64,000 bases of DNA from the NCBI GenBank assembly GCA_964016885.1, contig OZ024749.1, forward strand, positions 3,534,001 to 3,598,000, written 5' to 3'. Both the position numbers and the translations under genes were made by a program. The stretch's first letter is position 1. Each line of letters opens with the position of its first letter. This stretch comes from Eledone cirrhosa (Eukaryota). The notes beneath the pieces were generated by a model, which was not told the DNA's origin, searched no databases, and saw only the letters and a program-made list of their open reading frames with translations. Positions 27,953 to 42,560 of the stretch are shown here, one piece after another.

Positions 27953-28994
27953 GTCCTATAAATTTCTTATTAATACACCATATTTTAGATGCACAAGGTT
28001 TATGTTCATGTTCCAATGAGCTTGTATGCCAGTAAATGTTGTACTATAATTAGTCAATTCTTTAGTGGTTCCTCCAGTTGGAGAGTTCGTTAGTCGTGTT
28101 ATATTAACAAGTAATAAGTGTTTCGATTAAATTCTTGCCGGTTCAAAAACTGTACGATACTGAAACGTAGTTTGATTGCCACCCATCCTCTTTCAAGATA
28201 ACATTAAACCTAATAACGCTTTCACGGAAATATCAGAGAGAAAACCGTATACAACTAGCATTCATCTATAGCCAATAATTTATTTCATGTAATATAAATC
28301 ATCTTCTTTCAGTTTACCTAATTGTGGAACGCCTGATTTCAGTGAACAATATTCCAGCAGTTATATAGCAACCGTCATTTTAATTGTGGAAAATAACAAG
28401 CAACAAGCCTCCATAAAGCAAGGGTACACTAGGGGCGTTGAGAATATATTGACCATAGAAAATAAACTACAATTTATGCAGCTCTATTGCACAGCATGTC
28501 TTGCTTTTCTTCAGGTCTGGATGGCGCCTTAGTAAATATACTGGTTTTAAACTGAGCAAAGATGCTCCTTCATCAGTTAAACTATGTCATAATTAAATAT
28601 TTCAAATCGGGAAATTCTTATAAATATATTACTCAATAGCTAGATTTACATTTTACATGATATACAATGTCTTCACATTATAATCAATAATATTTGTGTC
28701 TCAGAGGCATCATATTTTAATCGGCGAGATAAAATGCTGTGCAAGTTAAACGTAATATTCATCTGCCTCAACAAGGGAACCAACTATATAAAAACAATTA
28801 AAAGAAATACCTGATAACAGGATTTAACGCCGCACCACAATGACATATTCATAGCTGTATTTAACACTATTATACGGTGTGAAAATTTGCATAAGTACTT
28901 TCTAAGAATGTTCCCCAAATGTACTTCAGGGATATGACTCAACATCAAAGGTGATCGTGTATTACGTTAATAAAACAAATATGTATAGAAATGT

Positions 28995-29063
28995 CGATAA
29001 AACAAAGTACCAGTAATGCACTGGTGTATTGCTGGCCTTGTGCCAAAAAGTAGAAACAATTAT
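28995..29063 (+). mobile_element. S1 SINE 3' fragment
   Basis: cgataaaacaaagtaccagtaatgcactgg...ccttgtgccaaaaagtagaaacaatt. Confidence 0.8.
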
Positions 29064-29319
29064 TAATGTTTAATATAACCCATACGTACACACTCACACA
29101 CACACACATATATATATATAATAAAGAATTCATATCTAGTAACATATATATACATACAGATGCATATCAATGGTAGCAAATATATAGGTTCTGTCTTAAT
29201 AACAGTGTGGTTCAATGCATGGGGTTGCAGAACAATAATATAAGAGACGTAAAATAAGAAAATTATAAAATTAACTTATATATATATATATATATTTATA
29301 AATATATTTATATATATAT

Positions 29320-29570
29320 AATGAAGGAGCTGTGGTAAGGAAACAGATGGACCATAACGCACCAGAGTACTCAATACTTAGGGTAGTAGAGTGGGTAATA
29401 GGAAAATGTATGACCCCGACGGCAGAGGTCAAGCCGTTTCGACGGCTAATTCTGGACTAAAAAAAAAAATAAATAAATAAATAAATAAATAAAAAATTTG
29501 GTTTCTTTTAGTCCACAATAAGCCGTCGAAACGGCTTGAGCTCACCCGTCGGGGTCCTACTTGTTCCTAT
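29320..29570 (-). mobile_element. Fold-back family P copy 3 (expanded A-rich loop)
   Basis: Same arms; spacer contains (TAAA)n. Confidence 0.85.
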
Positions 29571-29600
29571 ATATATACATACATATACATATTTATACAC

Positions 29601-29636
<36 letters not shown>

Positions 29637-30425
29637 ATGTCTGTGCGTACGTGCGTATATTTATATATATATTTCTGTGTATGTTTTCTGTGTGTACGTA
29701 TATTTGTATATGTGTGTGCGCGCGTTTGTGTATGTATGTGTGTGTTGGGGTGGTGTTTTAAAAAATCATAAATAAATTGAAGCAATTACGGATTGAAACC
29801 ACTTATTATTAATCGACTTTAAATGAAAGATCTATACTCTTAAAATATTTGAAGTCGTCCGAATTCGCCCCATCAATATTTTATTTTAAAACACTAGAAT
29901 CCATTTGAAGCTATTATTTCACTCTTAACTTTTGTTCTATTTTTAATGCTTTCTAAATTGATTTCGGAAACCGAAAAACCATCACGCAGGCGCAACAAAT
30001 GTATTCTGAGCTTAATACAATAGTTTCCGGTTGGAAATTGCGTCTAGAGTTGAACTATTAGAATTTCTTTGAATTGATGCTAATTGTTAAAAGTTGGCTA
30101 CAGACAGCTCCGTGATGAAATTAGATTTAGAATATTCGCAAAGGAGACATAGTTAGCCGTAGAATAGATTATGTTTGCACTAATGCCACAAAGCAACTAT
30201 GAACGCGACCACCATGTTTGAAGTGAAGGATATGTAGCATTACTAAGTGTAAAACAATGTGTTACAAATGTAGCCATCTTTTGTGTCTTATGTATGCCTG
30301 TTTGTGTGTCGGTGTGGGTCTATGTGCGTGTATGTGTGTGTGTGTGTGTGTCTGTGTATGTGTGTGTGTGTGTGTGTGTACGTCAGTGTGTGTGTGTCTG
30401 TGTGACTGTGTGTGTGTGTGTGTGT

Positions 30426-30465
<40 letters not shown>

Positions 30466-30647
30466 CTGTGTGTGTGTGTGTGTGTGTGCGTCAGTGTGTG
30501 TGTGTCCGTGTGTCTGTGTTTTGGAATTAATAATCTAAATGTGTATAAATTTAATATGTGTAGTATTATTATTGTTTCGAACCGACGATAACAGTCACTC
30601 GATTAAGTAATGAATCTACCCGAAACACGTGGACGCACTTCTCTCTA

Positions 30648-30758
<111 letters not shown>

Positions 30759-30775
30759 TGAGAGAGAGAGAGAGA

Positions 30776-33700
30776 ATTCACAAGAATCAAAGCTATGTTC
30801 AAAGCATTTATTCATTTACAATTGTTTCATCCAAACCTAGGCTTGATTTCTTCCGAGCATTTTTCAATGTTTGTACACATAATGACATACAGATACATTT
30901 GTATATATTGATGTACAGTGGAGTGACATATATTATATTATATTATTTCTGTATAGCAATTCAAATTCAAAATCAAAATCAAATTAAAACAAAATTAAAA
31001 TACATTCGGCAGTTAACATAGTTAATGCAAGAGGATAGTTTGTTAGTCAGATGTAGTAGTTATTGTATGCGTTAGTTACACGTGGGGCATGCACGTGTGT
31101 CTCATTTATAAATGAGTATTGTGTGGCAGGGTGTTACATGTAATAGAAGCAATTTAAGCGGGTAAGTAAGAGTATTATGGAGGTTGTAGTGGTAAGATAT
31201 TTTTTGTATATAATAAAAAAGTATGTGTGCAGAAAAATAGAAATAAAAAGGAGAAGCAAAAGAAAGTTTTGGTTTTCATATCCACCACCATTTTCACATT
31301 CAGGAAATGTAATATATAGTTTGTACATCCATCACATAATTTACGATGATTCCGTATTGGATGTTTGATGCATTAAATTAAATTAAATTATTATAGCTTG
31401 TTGCGGCTCAGTGTTCCTTAATCCAATTTTATAGAGCAGGTTCTTTCTGTTGCGAGAATTTACATAGGTTTATTATCCGGAAGTATGTGTGTAATTAAGG
31501 GGAGTTAATGCGTAAGGGGAGGTAACTAGCTGATTTCAATACCTACATTTATTGTTCTAACATACATTATGAGGTGTCTCAATTGAGTCCCTTATATAGA
31601 CGGTTATATATTCAGTTTCCACTTTTAAGTATCCAATTTTAAAATCAGTCTACTCTATCATGATGTACTAAAGATATCTATATTAGGATGATTATTCCCT
31701 ATCATAGAGTGCTACAACTGAATATTCCATACAAAGAACCATATCCTTATATAAAAGTTCTTTGCAAATGTAGTCTACTCACAGAACATGTGAGGGGACC
31801 TATTAGAACTACGTCTACATAACCCCTGGTAAGTTCTGGAGCAGCGTATGGTTGTTTGCATGGCAAAGCCAAATACATCTCTATGGCAGACAAAAACATC
31901 CCTCATTTACAATGTCATTAATCTATCCATCAAGTTATACATGCATATATAACACACATACCATTCATAGGTTATACAGATCTCTTATGTTAATAAATTA
32001 ATCTTATATATATCCAATGATAACACCCCTTACATACAAATACATTTGCACAAATATTTCATTGTCGAATCTGGTATTTAAAGCTTACATAGACTGCATT
32101 GTATCACTAAATAATTATAAGTAATTGAAAGTAAATATACTAAAAGTAGGTGTTCATGGGGATATTTGTAGGATATAAGGTTATAGATAGATGGAACGGT
32201 TTTTGTTGAGATAGGGTGTATCAGAGCGTGTGGAGTTGTGGTGTAAGGTGTACCCTTGAGGTGTAGTGTTAGAAGTGGTGATGGGATCAAGTCTGACATT
32301 GTTATATATTGGGTTTAATGTTTTGGAAGGAGTGTCGGAAGCTGTGCTGGCACGACGCGAACACTTCCGAATTTTTATTAAGGAGGTTATGGTTTGAGAA
32401 GATTATAGTATGGGTCTCTAGTAGACAGAGGTTACAGAATTTATTAGGTGGTTTGTACGATGCCGCCTTACCTATCACTTCCCATTTAAGTGTATAAGAT
32501 CTAATTTTAGTTTTTAGATAGTGTATGTAGCTAGATAGTGAAGTGGAGTTGGCTAGACTGTGTTTTTTGAAAGAATGGAGGTGTGAATTGTATCTGGTTT
32601 TGAAGCAGTTTGAAGGATAGCCTATATAGGTTTCAGAAGAGTTGCTAGTCATGACGGTGCATGAGTATATGATGTCCTTGATTAAGCACTTTTTATCTAA
32701 AGGGCAGGTTCTATTAGATCTACATTTACAATTATTTTGTATGTTAACCTGCCGGTTATTATGTTGTGTAGAAGTCTGGTTGCTAGTTATTGCATAATGG
32801 CTATGGGGTTGTCGCTTTCAGCGTTATTGCTTACACTAGTGCTATTACTATTATTACTATTGATATCAGGGTTTGTAGATATAATGTTGTTTTGAAGGTT
32901 TACCCCCTGCGTGTTTTAGTTTGTTGTAAGTAAATATTAATTTTTCTTTTCTTGCTACTAGCTATGTCGTATGCTATGTTAGGCGTGGTATAGTAGGAGA
33001 TTTTAATGGTGTTTTTGTTTATAAGTCTATGGTACTTGTGGCCAGATGGGAAGCTTTTATCCAGGAGTGAGAAGAAAGCCTTATGTAGGTTGGTAGAGAC
33101 GTTTAGATTGAAAGGAGGGTTGAACAATGTATTATTTCTTCTATTTTTGTTTCTTATGTCTGGTGAGATGCATCCGTTTATGGTATTATGGTGACTTCTG
33201 TGGTGTGGGTTACGTTTGTTGCCATCCTTCGTATTAGTGTGTGTGTGATTATTATTCCTATTACTATTTTTCCTCATGGACATATTGTGCGAAATAATGT
33301 TGTAACTATGTGTTTTTGTAGGTAGGAATTCGATCTCATTATTATGTCCTGATCTAGCTAATGCCTGATTATAATATTGTGAGTTTTTACCAAATATGTT
33401 TTCTTCATAAGATAAATTAGAGATTCTATTGGATATTCCCTTAGAGATAGAGTTTAATATTGATCTAGGGTGGTTAGACTTGGTATCTACGTAAATCAGT
33501 TTTTCGTTAGGTTTATGGAATGGTGTATATATCCTAGAGTCTAGATAGAGGGTGGCATCTAGGAAGTTAACCTTTTTAGTGTTTTTGTCTATGGTGATGC
33601 TTAGGTTATAATTTTTGAAAGTCTTGTGCAATAGTTTTCTAGTTCTTTCTATATTAATGTTTTTATATTCTATAAGGAGAAGTGCATCATCGCGGTACAA

Positions 33701-34490
33701 ACCACCGTTGAGGTATGGAAGGTCCTTATGGATTTCGTTTAGTGAATATAGGCCCACCAAATCAGTGACCTGCGCCGAGTCACTAAATCCCATGGTTATG
33801 TCGACGTTTTTGCTTATCCTTGCGGATCCATAACTAGTCTTCAAAAGTGATTACGGTTTTACGGGCCGCAAGTATGAAATCAATCTGGGGTTTAGTCAGG
33901 TCACTATTGTCCATGGCCATAATTAGTGCCTTATTTAAAAGGGTAGGGGAAATAGAGGTGTAGTATGAATTGATATCAAATTGAATACATTTTTTATCTT
34001 GATATCTTTGAACCATTCAATAACTTCACCTGTATTTCCCCATTGTTTAAGGTATATTTTGTGTTTAATCTGTGGGATGATTTTATCTAAAATGTTCTTA
34101 CTGATAAGGCCAATGTCAGATTGGAAGGGCAAATTAGTGTAATCGATGGGTTGCTAATGAAATCCTCCTGATGGTCCTTCAGAGAGAATCTAGGGTTGTA
34201 TGGTTGTGTATGTCTCTGAAGTCCTAGTTTGGACACTATATTACAGCCTTTTATATTAATTTCTTCTAGGTTTTCCATATTAGTTTTCTTGTAGCTCTTA
34301 TGTAGTTCATTATATATAAACTTTCTATATGTATCATAATCTAGGCTGTATATGTTATTAGTTTTGTCCGCATGTACAAACATTTTACTACGTGTTTTGA
34401 ATTAATTAATAGAGGAGTTAAGTTTGTTTAAGTAGGTGTTGTTTTTATTACGATGCATTTTGTATTTAATGTTCTTAACTAGTTTTATTA
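30776..34490 (-). mobile_element. Decayed PLE (Hydra-like: RT, CxCx5C linker, C-terminal GIY-YIG) with 3' UTR
   Basis: Frameshifted ORFs: ADKTNNIY, FDINSYYTSI, MGFSDSAQVTDLVGLY..GLYRDDA, FNPPF, CKCRSNRTCPL, YIG...FKTRYNSH, CNLCLLE; boundaries approximate. Confidence 0.9.
30814..30858 (-). ncRNA. Degenerate minimal hammerhead near the 3' end of the minus-strand PLE
   Basis: Minus strand CGGAAGA-AATCAAGCC-TA-GGTTTGGAT-GAAA-CAATTG-TA-AAT; same GAAACAATTGTA as the 48141 HHR. Confidence 0.55.
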
Positions 34491-34718
34491 TAAACAATTG
34501 TAAGTGAATACATGGTTTGAAAATAGCTTTGATTATTGTGAATTCTATATAATTGCTCTGTAGAACAACTGATGTTATTACATTGAGCTATTTATCTTAC
34601 TGGTAATAAGGTAGTAATACATTACTGACCTGCACTGTTTAGGGTTTAAAATATATATAACTATAAAAAGTGTTAGTATCGATATAACCATGAACAGTAT
34701 GCTTAATAGTATATATAT

Positions 34719-34755
<37 letters not shown>

Positions 34756-35191
34756 GGTAAATGGAATAGAAAATGCTGACAAATTGTTCACAGTTGAAAA
34801 ATGGTTTAATTAGGAATAAAAGAGTATTAGTAATTGTATGGGTTAGTATTCAGTTGTGGTTTTAAGTTTTTAAGTTTTTACCGGTTGCGCATTTCCAAAT
34901 GCTTTTCAAAAATAATTTTGAGATAGAAATTTAAGTCTGAATGTTAATTAAGTGCAAACACAAAACCAACCACGCATATCTTTACTATCTCTAATCCTTC
35001 TATAGATTTAGAAAAATAACCAATAATATATTCTATAAAAAATGTCAAAACAACAGATGGGAATCTAATTACTCACTGCCACCAAGAATTCTCACTGCTA
35101 TCGAAAAACCACTCCTTCAACTATTCTTCTAACAACTTCACCCCTCCCTCCAAATATTCTCTATAAAAACTAAATAGGTCCTCAGTAATAT

Positions 35192-35236
35192 TATTCTGAT
35201 GAAATGACAGTAAATAATAACATTGAAATATTGAAT
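35192..35236 (+). ncRNA. Minimal hammerhead-like motif
   Basis: CTGATGA-AATG...CATT-GAAA-TA-TT-GAAT; stem I poor. Confidence 0.4.
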
Positions 35237-36079
35237 GTCTGCATAACTAAAAGTTTGTAGATAGCAGCTGTTTTAGGTTATGTAACTGTTATAGAAACAC
35301 GTGTCAATAAATTCCTTTCAACTAAACTGTATCCATTCAAATCTTTCTATTTTTCTCCAGATTACTTTTGGAACTACAACTGGAACCGTCGAGCAAACTC
35401 TACGTGAGCTGATAATCTACTGTGTGTAATATTTATATTACAACACAACGGAAAATACTGTGTATATATATATATGTATACTCACAAATATTTTTACAAT
35501 AAATAAAAATGTATACATCCTATGTATAAGCATGTAGATATATAAGTATATATAATGCATATTTGTGTGTCCGTGTGTCTGTGTTTGTTTTCATGCGTAT
35601 GTGCATGTGGATATGTGAGTATGTATGTGTGTGTGTAAGTATGTGTTTCATACCAAATCAAATTTGCTTCCCTTTCCAATGGAGATGAGATTTCACTTTA
35701 TATTTATTTTTGGGGGGCGAATGACAATAATAAATTGGGCCAAATAAGTTTTATTTTTATTTGCACACAGATTACATAGGTACATACTCATAGAGGAATC
35801 ACGCAAAGTTACACAGACACACACACACTTACACACATATATACACACACATACACATACACACACACATACACACACACATATATGAATATATAAATAC
35901 ACACATATATATAATCTAAAACATGAATAGAAAACAGTACCAAGAAGCAATAAAGTCCAATAAATCTAATGTGCCGCTTAAAACATATGAGAGTTAAAAA
36001 AGATATAACATATTTGACGTTTTGGACGATGGATCCGGGATACACACACACACACATATATATTTATATATATATATAT

Positions 36080-36437
36080 CTGTATACAATGGAGAACAAA
36101 CAAGAAGACGCACTGTATATTTCTAATAAGTTGTTGCCTCGTTTTGGAGGAATGAATAGTGGGGGAATGAAGAGGAGTAGTGAAAGAGAGGGTTAACATA
36201 GAATAGTTTGTATCTCCACTTCCCCCTCTCTCATTCAAACGTCTTCTCTTTCCTACATCCATTGTAAATATGTCTGCAGGGGTTCCATCTTTATTGAAAT
36301 TCAATTAGCTAGACCAGTTTCTGAATATTAGCTTAACATGTGTGTAAAGGTCTATCATGATCGGATCACGGATGTAAGTGTCAACTAGTTATTATCACAT
36401 TAGACAGATACAGAGACAGAAATTGCCATTTATATAT

Positions 36438-36531
<94 letters not shown>

Positions 36532-36705
36532 ATGTTTGTGTTTGTGTTTGATGTTTGTATGTGTGTGTGTGTGTGTGTTTGTGTGTTTGTGTATACACAT
36601 TTCATATTTCTAAAAAATACGGTATGTTTACAGTGTAACGATTTAGGAAGACGTAGTTATGCAAAACACTGTGGCTATATATATATATATATTTCTATAC
36701 TTTTC

Positions 36706-36752
<47 letters not shown>

Positions 36753-37124
36753 TATGTTTGCTCAACTTATAATACATTAAATCCTATTTCTATTCTATTA
36801 TAAGTTGAAACAACTTATGCAGCTTCAGATGCAAATGAGATTAATCACCTCATTTACACAGGCGAGAAAACTATATATTCTCGACTGTTCTCAAGTCTAA
36901 CAGTTGCAAGCCTAGGCGGTTTCATCATGATGAAGCCTAGTTAAGTTTTAAATGCATAGACGATTGTCTCCCTTGCTTCTGCTGGACACCACCAGAGGGC
37001 GTTAGCCACGGTGTTTTGCATAGCTACGTCTTCCTAAATCTTTACACTGTAAACTTACCATATTTTTTAGAAATATGAAACGTGTATACACACACACAAC
37101 ACACACACACACACATATACATAA

Positions 37125-37169
<45 letters not shown>

Positions 37170-37530
37170 GAATATATAAATGGCAATTTCTGTCTGTGTA
37201 TCTGTGTAATGTGATAATAACTAGTTGACACCTACATCAGTGATCCGATCATGATAGACCTTTACACACATGTTAAGCTAATATTCAGAAACTGGTCTAG
37301 CTAATTGAATTTCAATAAAAATGGAACCCCTGCAGACATCTTTACAATGGATGTAGGAAAGAGAAGACTTTTGAATGAGAGAGAGGGATGTGGAGATACA
37401 AACTATTCTATGTTAAACCCTCCCTTTCACTACTCCTCTTCATTCCCCCACTATTCATTCCTCCAAAACGAGGCAACAACTTATTAGAAATATACAGTGC
37501 GTGTCCTTGTTTGTTCTCCATCCTATCCAG
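36080..37530. repeat. Long imperfect inverted repeat / fold-back element (~550-600-bp arms including microsatellites)
   Basis: 36089-36440 is the reverse complement of 37170-37521; 36590-36680 of 37008-37090; (TG)n and (CA)n are mirrored. Confidence 0.85.
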
Positions 37531-37827
37531 AAAGAGAGAGAGAGAGGGTATGAGAGGGAGAGAAAGAAAGAGAGGGTATGAGAAAAAGAGAGGCAGATGT
37601 TGAGAAAGAAAGAAAAAAAGTGAGGGGGATTGGGGACGGGAGAAAATGATAGCAGCGTTCGATAACTTTAAATTTTATTTATTTATTCTTTACACATTGT
37701 TTCCTCAACCTTAATTCTCTTTATTTCTCTATTTCACACAAGACGTACTGCGGATATGTGTGTGTGTGTATGTGTCTTGTGTGTGTCTGGCGAAACTACA
37801 ATGTCCGCACACACACACACACAAACA

Positions 37828-37904
<77 letters not shown>

Positions 37905-37914
37905 ATGTGTGTAT

Positions 37915-38838
<924 letters not shown>

Positions 38839-38880
38839 AATATATATATATATACATAAATATATATATATGTATATGCA

Positions 38881-38954
<74 letters not shown>

Positions 38955-39030
38955 ATATATATATATAATAAATATATATATATATATATATATGCATATA
39001 CATATATATATATTTATGTATATATATATA

Positions 39031-39094
<64 letters not shown>

Positions 39095-39164
39095 TAGAAC
39101 ACTGGAAGGTAATATCGGTAATGGTAGAGCAATCAGTCCATGAGACGAGTTACGTAGAAGTGGT

Positions 39165-39555
39165 AAGAAATTTAATGCACCATACTTCCAACCAAACGAA
39201 TCAACTACAGGGGGTCAAATCATATGTGGCGATGGCGGAGGGCCGATTTAAGGAACGCTTCCTGAACCATCAGTCGATCTTTAGGAACCCGGACAAATGA
39301 TCATCCACGAAACTCGCGAACCACGTATGGTCCCTCAAGGACTCATGTATAGACTACTCCATTCATTGGAAAGCCATCACTAAGTCCAAGCAATATGCAA
39401 GGGGCAAACCGTCTTGTGGACTGTGTATTGATGAACGGATAACTATTCTAAAGAGATTACGCAATAGCGCTTGCCTAAACTCAAGTAATGAATTCATTAC
39501 ACGTTATCCACATCTCTGGAAACGCATCTTACATAACTACAAAGTTCCGGGTTGA
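39165..39555 (+). pseudogene. PLE GIY-YIG endonuclease fragment (Hydra-like)
   Basis: YVAMAEGRFKERFLNHQSIFRNPDK*SSTKLANHVWSLKD...HWKAI...CGLCIDE...CLNSSNEFITRYPH. Confidence 0.8.
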
Positions 39556-40283
39556 ATAACAACAACAACCTTATTTTCTTATCAACTAGAACATTTCAGA
39601 TTTTCGCAGTTATCTCCCTTAGAAATCTCGCACGCATTTTTGCATTGTCTGTGTGAAGACGACCGTTACTGCACATGCGCCTTAATACGGTTGTGCTTCC
39701 TGTTCCCTATAAACATGTCCATTCAGAGCTGTGGATCTGCTAAGGGGAAACAATTATTCTTGGTATGGGGAACTAACTGTTGTGTTATATATATATAATT
39801 ATATATATATATATATATATATACATATATATATAAATGTATATGTAAATTTATCCCGTGTCCAATCGTGGCTAACCACAGTAAGTCTGGAACTCAATAC
39901 AAAGCAGAGTATACATATTTAATATAGAAAAGGATTCGGGAGAAATCATCAGGGCTTCCGGATGAGTTTTCCCAATTGAAAAAGATCTAGTCCTGTAGAA
40001 GCATTTTCTATATTAAATATTTATATATATATATACAGGAATGATTTTCGTGAAAATCAGTCATATGGAACTATTGTGATCTTGCCTGACGGTTTGAACT
40101 TTACAACACCACCTGCCTCTTTGAGGTCAAATATCAACCTTACTAGCATCTACAAACTGACCAATGAGAATTAAGACTATTGCTGCTGACAACATTAAAT
40201 TATTCCTAACAAGCTCATATGTCCCAATGTTATAATACCATGAACACTATAAACACAGAGCTGGCATATCTAAGAACTGACTA

Positions 40284-40339
40284 ACTTCCTGATGAGGTCA
40301 TAGCCTTTCAATGGCTATCATCGAAATATATATAGCAGT
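40284..40339 (+). ncRNA. Minimal type I hammerhead
   Basis: ACTTC-CTGATGA-GGTCATAGCC-TTTCAAT-GGCTATCATC-GAAA-TATATA-TA-GCAGT. Confidence 0.8.
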
Positions 40340-40380
40340 AAATAAAGGATTATGAGTTCATGCAATTTACTTATGTTTCG

Positions 40381-40442
<62 letters not shown>

Positions 40443-40446
<4 letters not shown>

Positions 40447-41020
40447 AGGTCACCAGTTGCTTGCTGCTACTGGTAACATGTATCTCAGTTCAACCTGTCT
40501 CATGTTCGGGTCGTTGGCGACTAAACTGGCAACCCCACCAAAGTTTCTTAGTGAGGAGGGTGACTTTGGACATCCTGCAGGACTAAAAACAACACCTCTC
40601 AAAGGGTAGAGGAGCTCTTAAGTGTCAATGGCTATCCAAAATCACCGAGAGAGATGACCCCTTAGCCTTTGTCAAGGCAGAATTCTAGGAGAAGAAAACT
40701 CTGATATAAGACCTACAACTGTGATGGTATCCAATGATGTTGACTTCTTTTTGGTTGATGTTGGTTAAGAGAGGCGTACTGGCTTTGTGCAGTGCCTTTT
40801 CTCACTATAAAAGCTTCACGGCACAGGCATTGCTTTATATCTGGAGATCTCTCTGCACTTGTCGTCACATGGTACCGTGGGCTCAGCACTGTGTGTCAAT
40901 AATTGTCACAAGTGTAGTGTTTTTACCAGAGTTTTCAAGTCGCTGGCTGGACTAAAAAGTCACACACGTTCAACGCATCGGTAGGGGTTCTCCTACATGG
41001 ATATGAAGTAGTGGCCGTAC
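40443..41020 (+). mobile_element. Family X bipartite RTE-like element, longest 5' end, 3'-interrupted
   Basis: Homologous to 60041-60598; RTE-type 5'UTR motif ctaggagagaagaaaactctgat; C2H2-like 3' coding remnant. Confidence 0.85.
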
Positions 41021-41306
41021 TAGTCTCAAGAACGCGTCTACACGACGTGAGAAAGAATCCCAAAAGGCGGAGGGGGAGATAGTCACGCGATATAACGATT
41101 GAGAAACGGAGCTAAGCCTCTTATAACCCCGAAGAAAATGCCACGGAGGCGGAGGGGGTATTTATATCGAGGCCGTAGAAGAGGTGGTGAAGGAGGCGAG
41201 AAGTATGAGTAATGGAAGCTTTCCAGCTGTTCCCACACTTCAAAGATTGCTCGACCAGAGGGAGTTATTAACAATATATTTAGAAACACACAGTAAAATG
41301 AGGTAA

Positions 41307-41394
41307 CCTCTTGATAAGTCGGCAGACCTCGCAAGGACTCTATATCTTTATGATATATTGTTTTTGTTTATGCCACGAAACTACGTAGTCGAGG
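41307..41394 (+). ncRNA. Type I hammerhead, U3:A8 core, GUC site
   Basis: CCTC-TTGATAA-GTCGGCA...TGCCAC-GAAA-CTACGTAG-TC-GAGG. Confidence 0.75.
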
Positions 41395-41900
41395 AATTTA
41401 GAAGCAGTTTAGGTATGATACATTTTATTACTAATTATATCTAAATGTTTCTTCTCTCTTCATAATGTATTTTTAACTCTGATACTGGTTCAGTCTAGTT
41501 CAACTGAATTGGTCTGTCCCAGTCATTTATTGAGCAACATCGGTGAAGTTGGCACCCTTAACTCACAGTTGGGTGCGGATGCATTCATGTATATATGTGT
41601 GTGTCCGCATGTATCTGTGTGTTTCTAAATATATTGTTAATAACTCCCTCTGGTCGAGCAATCTTTGAAGTGTGGGGACAGCTGGAAAGCTTCCATTACT
41701 CATACTTCTCGCCGCCTTCACCACCTCTTCTACGGCCTCGATATAAATACCCCCTCCGCCTCCGTGGTATTTTCTTCGGGGTTATAAGAGGCTTAGCTCT
41801 GTTTCTGGACCGTTATATCGCGTGACTATCTCCCCCTCCGCCTTTTGGGATTCTTTCTCACGTCGTGTAGACGCGTTCTTGAGACTAGTAAAATGAGGTA

Positions 41901-41990
41901 TCCCCTTGATAAGTCGGCAGACCTCGCAAGGACTCTATATCTTTATGATATATTGTTTTCGTTTATGCCACGAAACTACGTAGTCGAGGA
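41901..41990 (+). ncRNA. Type I hammerhead, U3:A8 core, second copy
   Basis: TCCCC-TTGATAA-GTCGGCA...TGCCAC-GAAA-CTACGTAG-TC-GAGGA. Confidence 0.72.
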
Positions 41991-42065
41991 ATTTAGAAGC
42001 AGTTTACATTTTATTACTAATTATATCTAAATGTTTCTTTTCTCTTCATAATGTATATATATATA

Positions 42066-42122
<57 letters not shown>

Positions 42123-42163
42123 GTGTATGTGTGTGTATGTGTGTGTATGTGTGTGTGTGTGTA

Positions 42164-42222
<59 letters not shown>

Positions 42223-42284
42223 GTATATATATGTTTACACACACACATATATTATATTTATATATATATATATATGTATGTTGT

Positions 42285-42560
42285 GAAGGCGGATGGCTTG
42301 GTGGTTAGAGCACTAGGCTTGTAATCGAAATGTTGTGAGTTCAATTCTCGGACCGGGTGACGTGTTGTTTCCTTGAGCAAGACACATTAATTCACGTTGC
42401 TCCAGTTTACTCAGCTGAAAATGAGTACCAGCAATAGCTGGAGGTTTACCCCTGCGATGGACTGGCGTCCTGTTCAGGGGGAGTCTTGTGATGTCAGTCG
42501 CTTTACGCCATGAAGCCGGGATAAGCACCGGCCAAATGAGCATTCTGGCTTTTGACATAC
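42285..42560 (+). mobile_element. tRNA-derived V-SINE-like element
   Basis: Box A tggcttggtggttagagc, box B gagttcaattc, V-domain-like ccttgagcaagacac...actcagctgaaaatgagtacc...cctgcgatggactggcgtcc. Confidence 0.75.

Larger units (their letters stand above)
41020..42055 (+). mobile_element. Non-autonomous PLE/retrozyme-like unit: inverted A + B ... A + B, each B carrying an HHR
   Basis: 41020-41291 is the reverse complement of 41617-41888; 41293-41470 is a direct repeat of 41888-42058. Confidence 0.8.

Noticed and set aside
28312-28532. Open frame LPNCGTPDFSEQYSSSYIATVIL... after a pyrimidine-rich tttcag
   Set aside because: Possible exon, but no recognisable domain, clear donor or partner exon; needs RNA-seq
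28551-28580. Minus-strand CTGATGA with GAGCA/TGCTC hairpin
   Set aside because: No GAAA core follows
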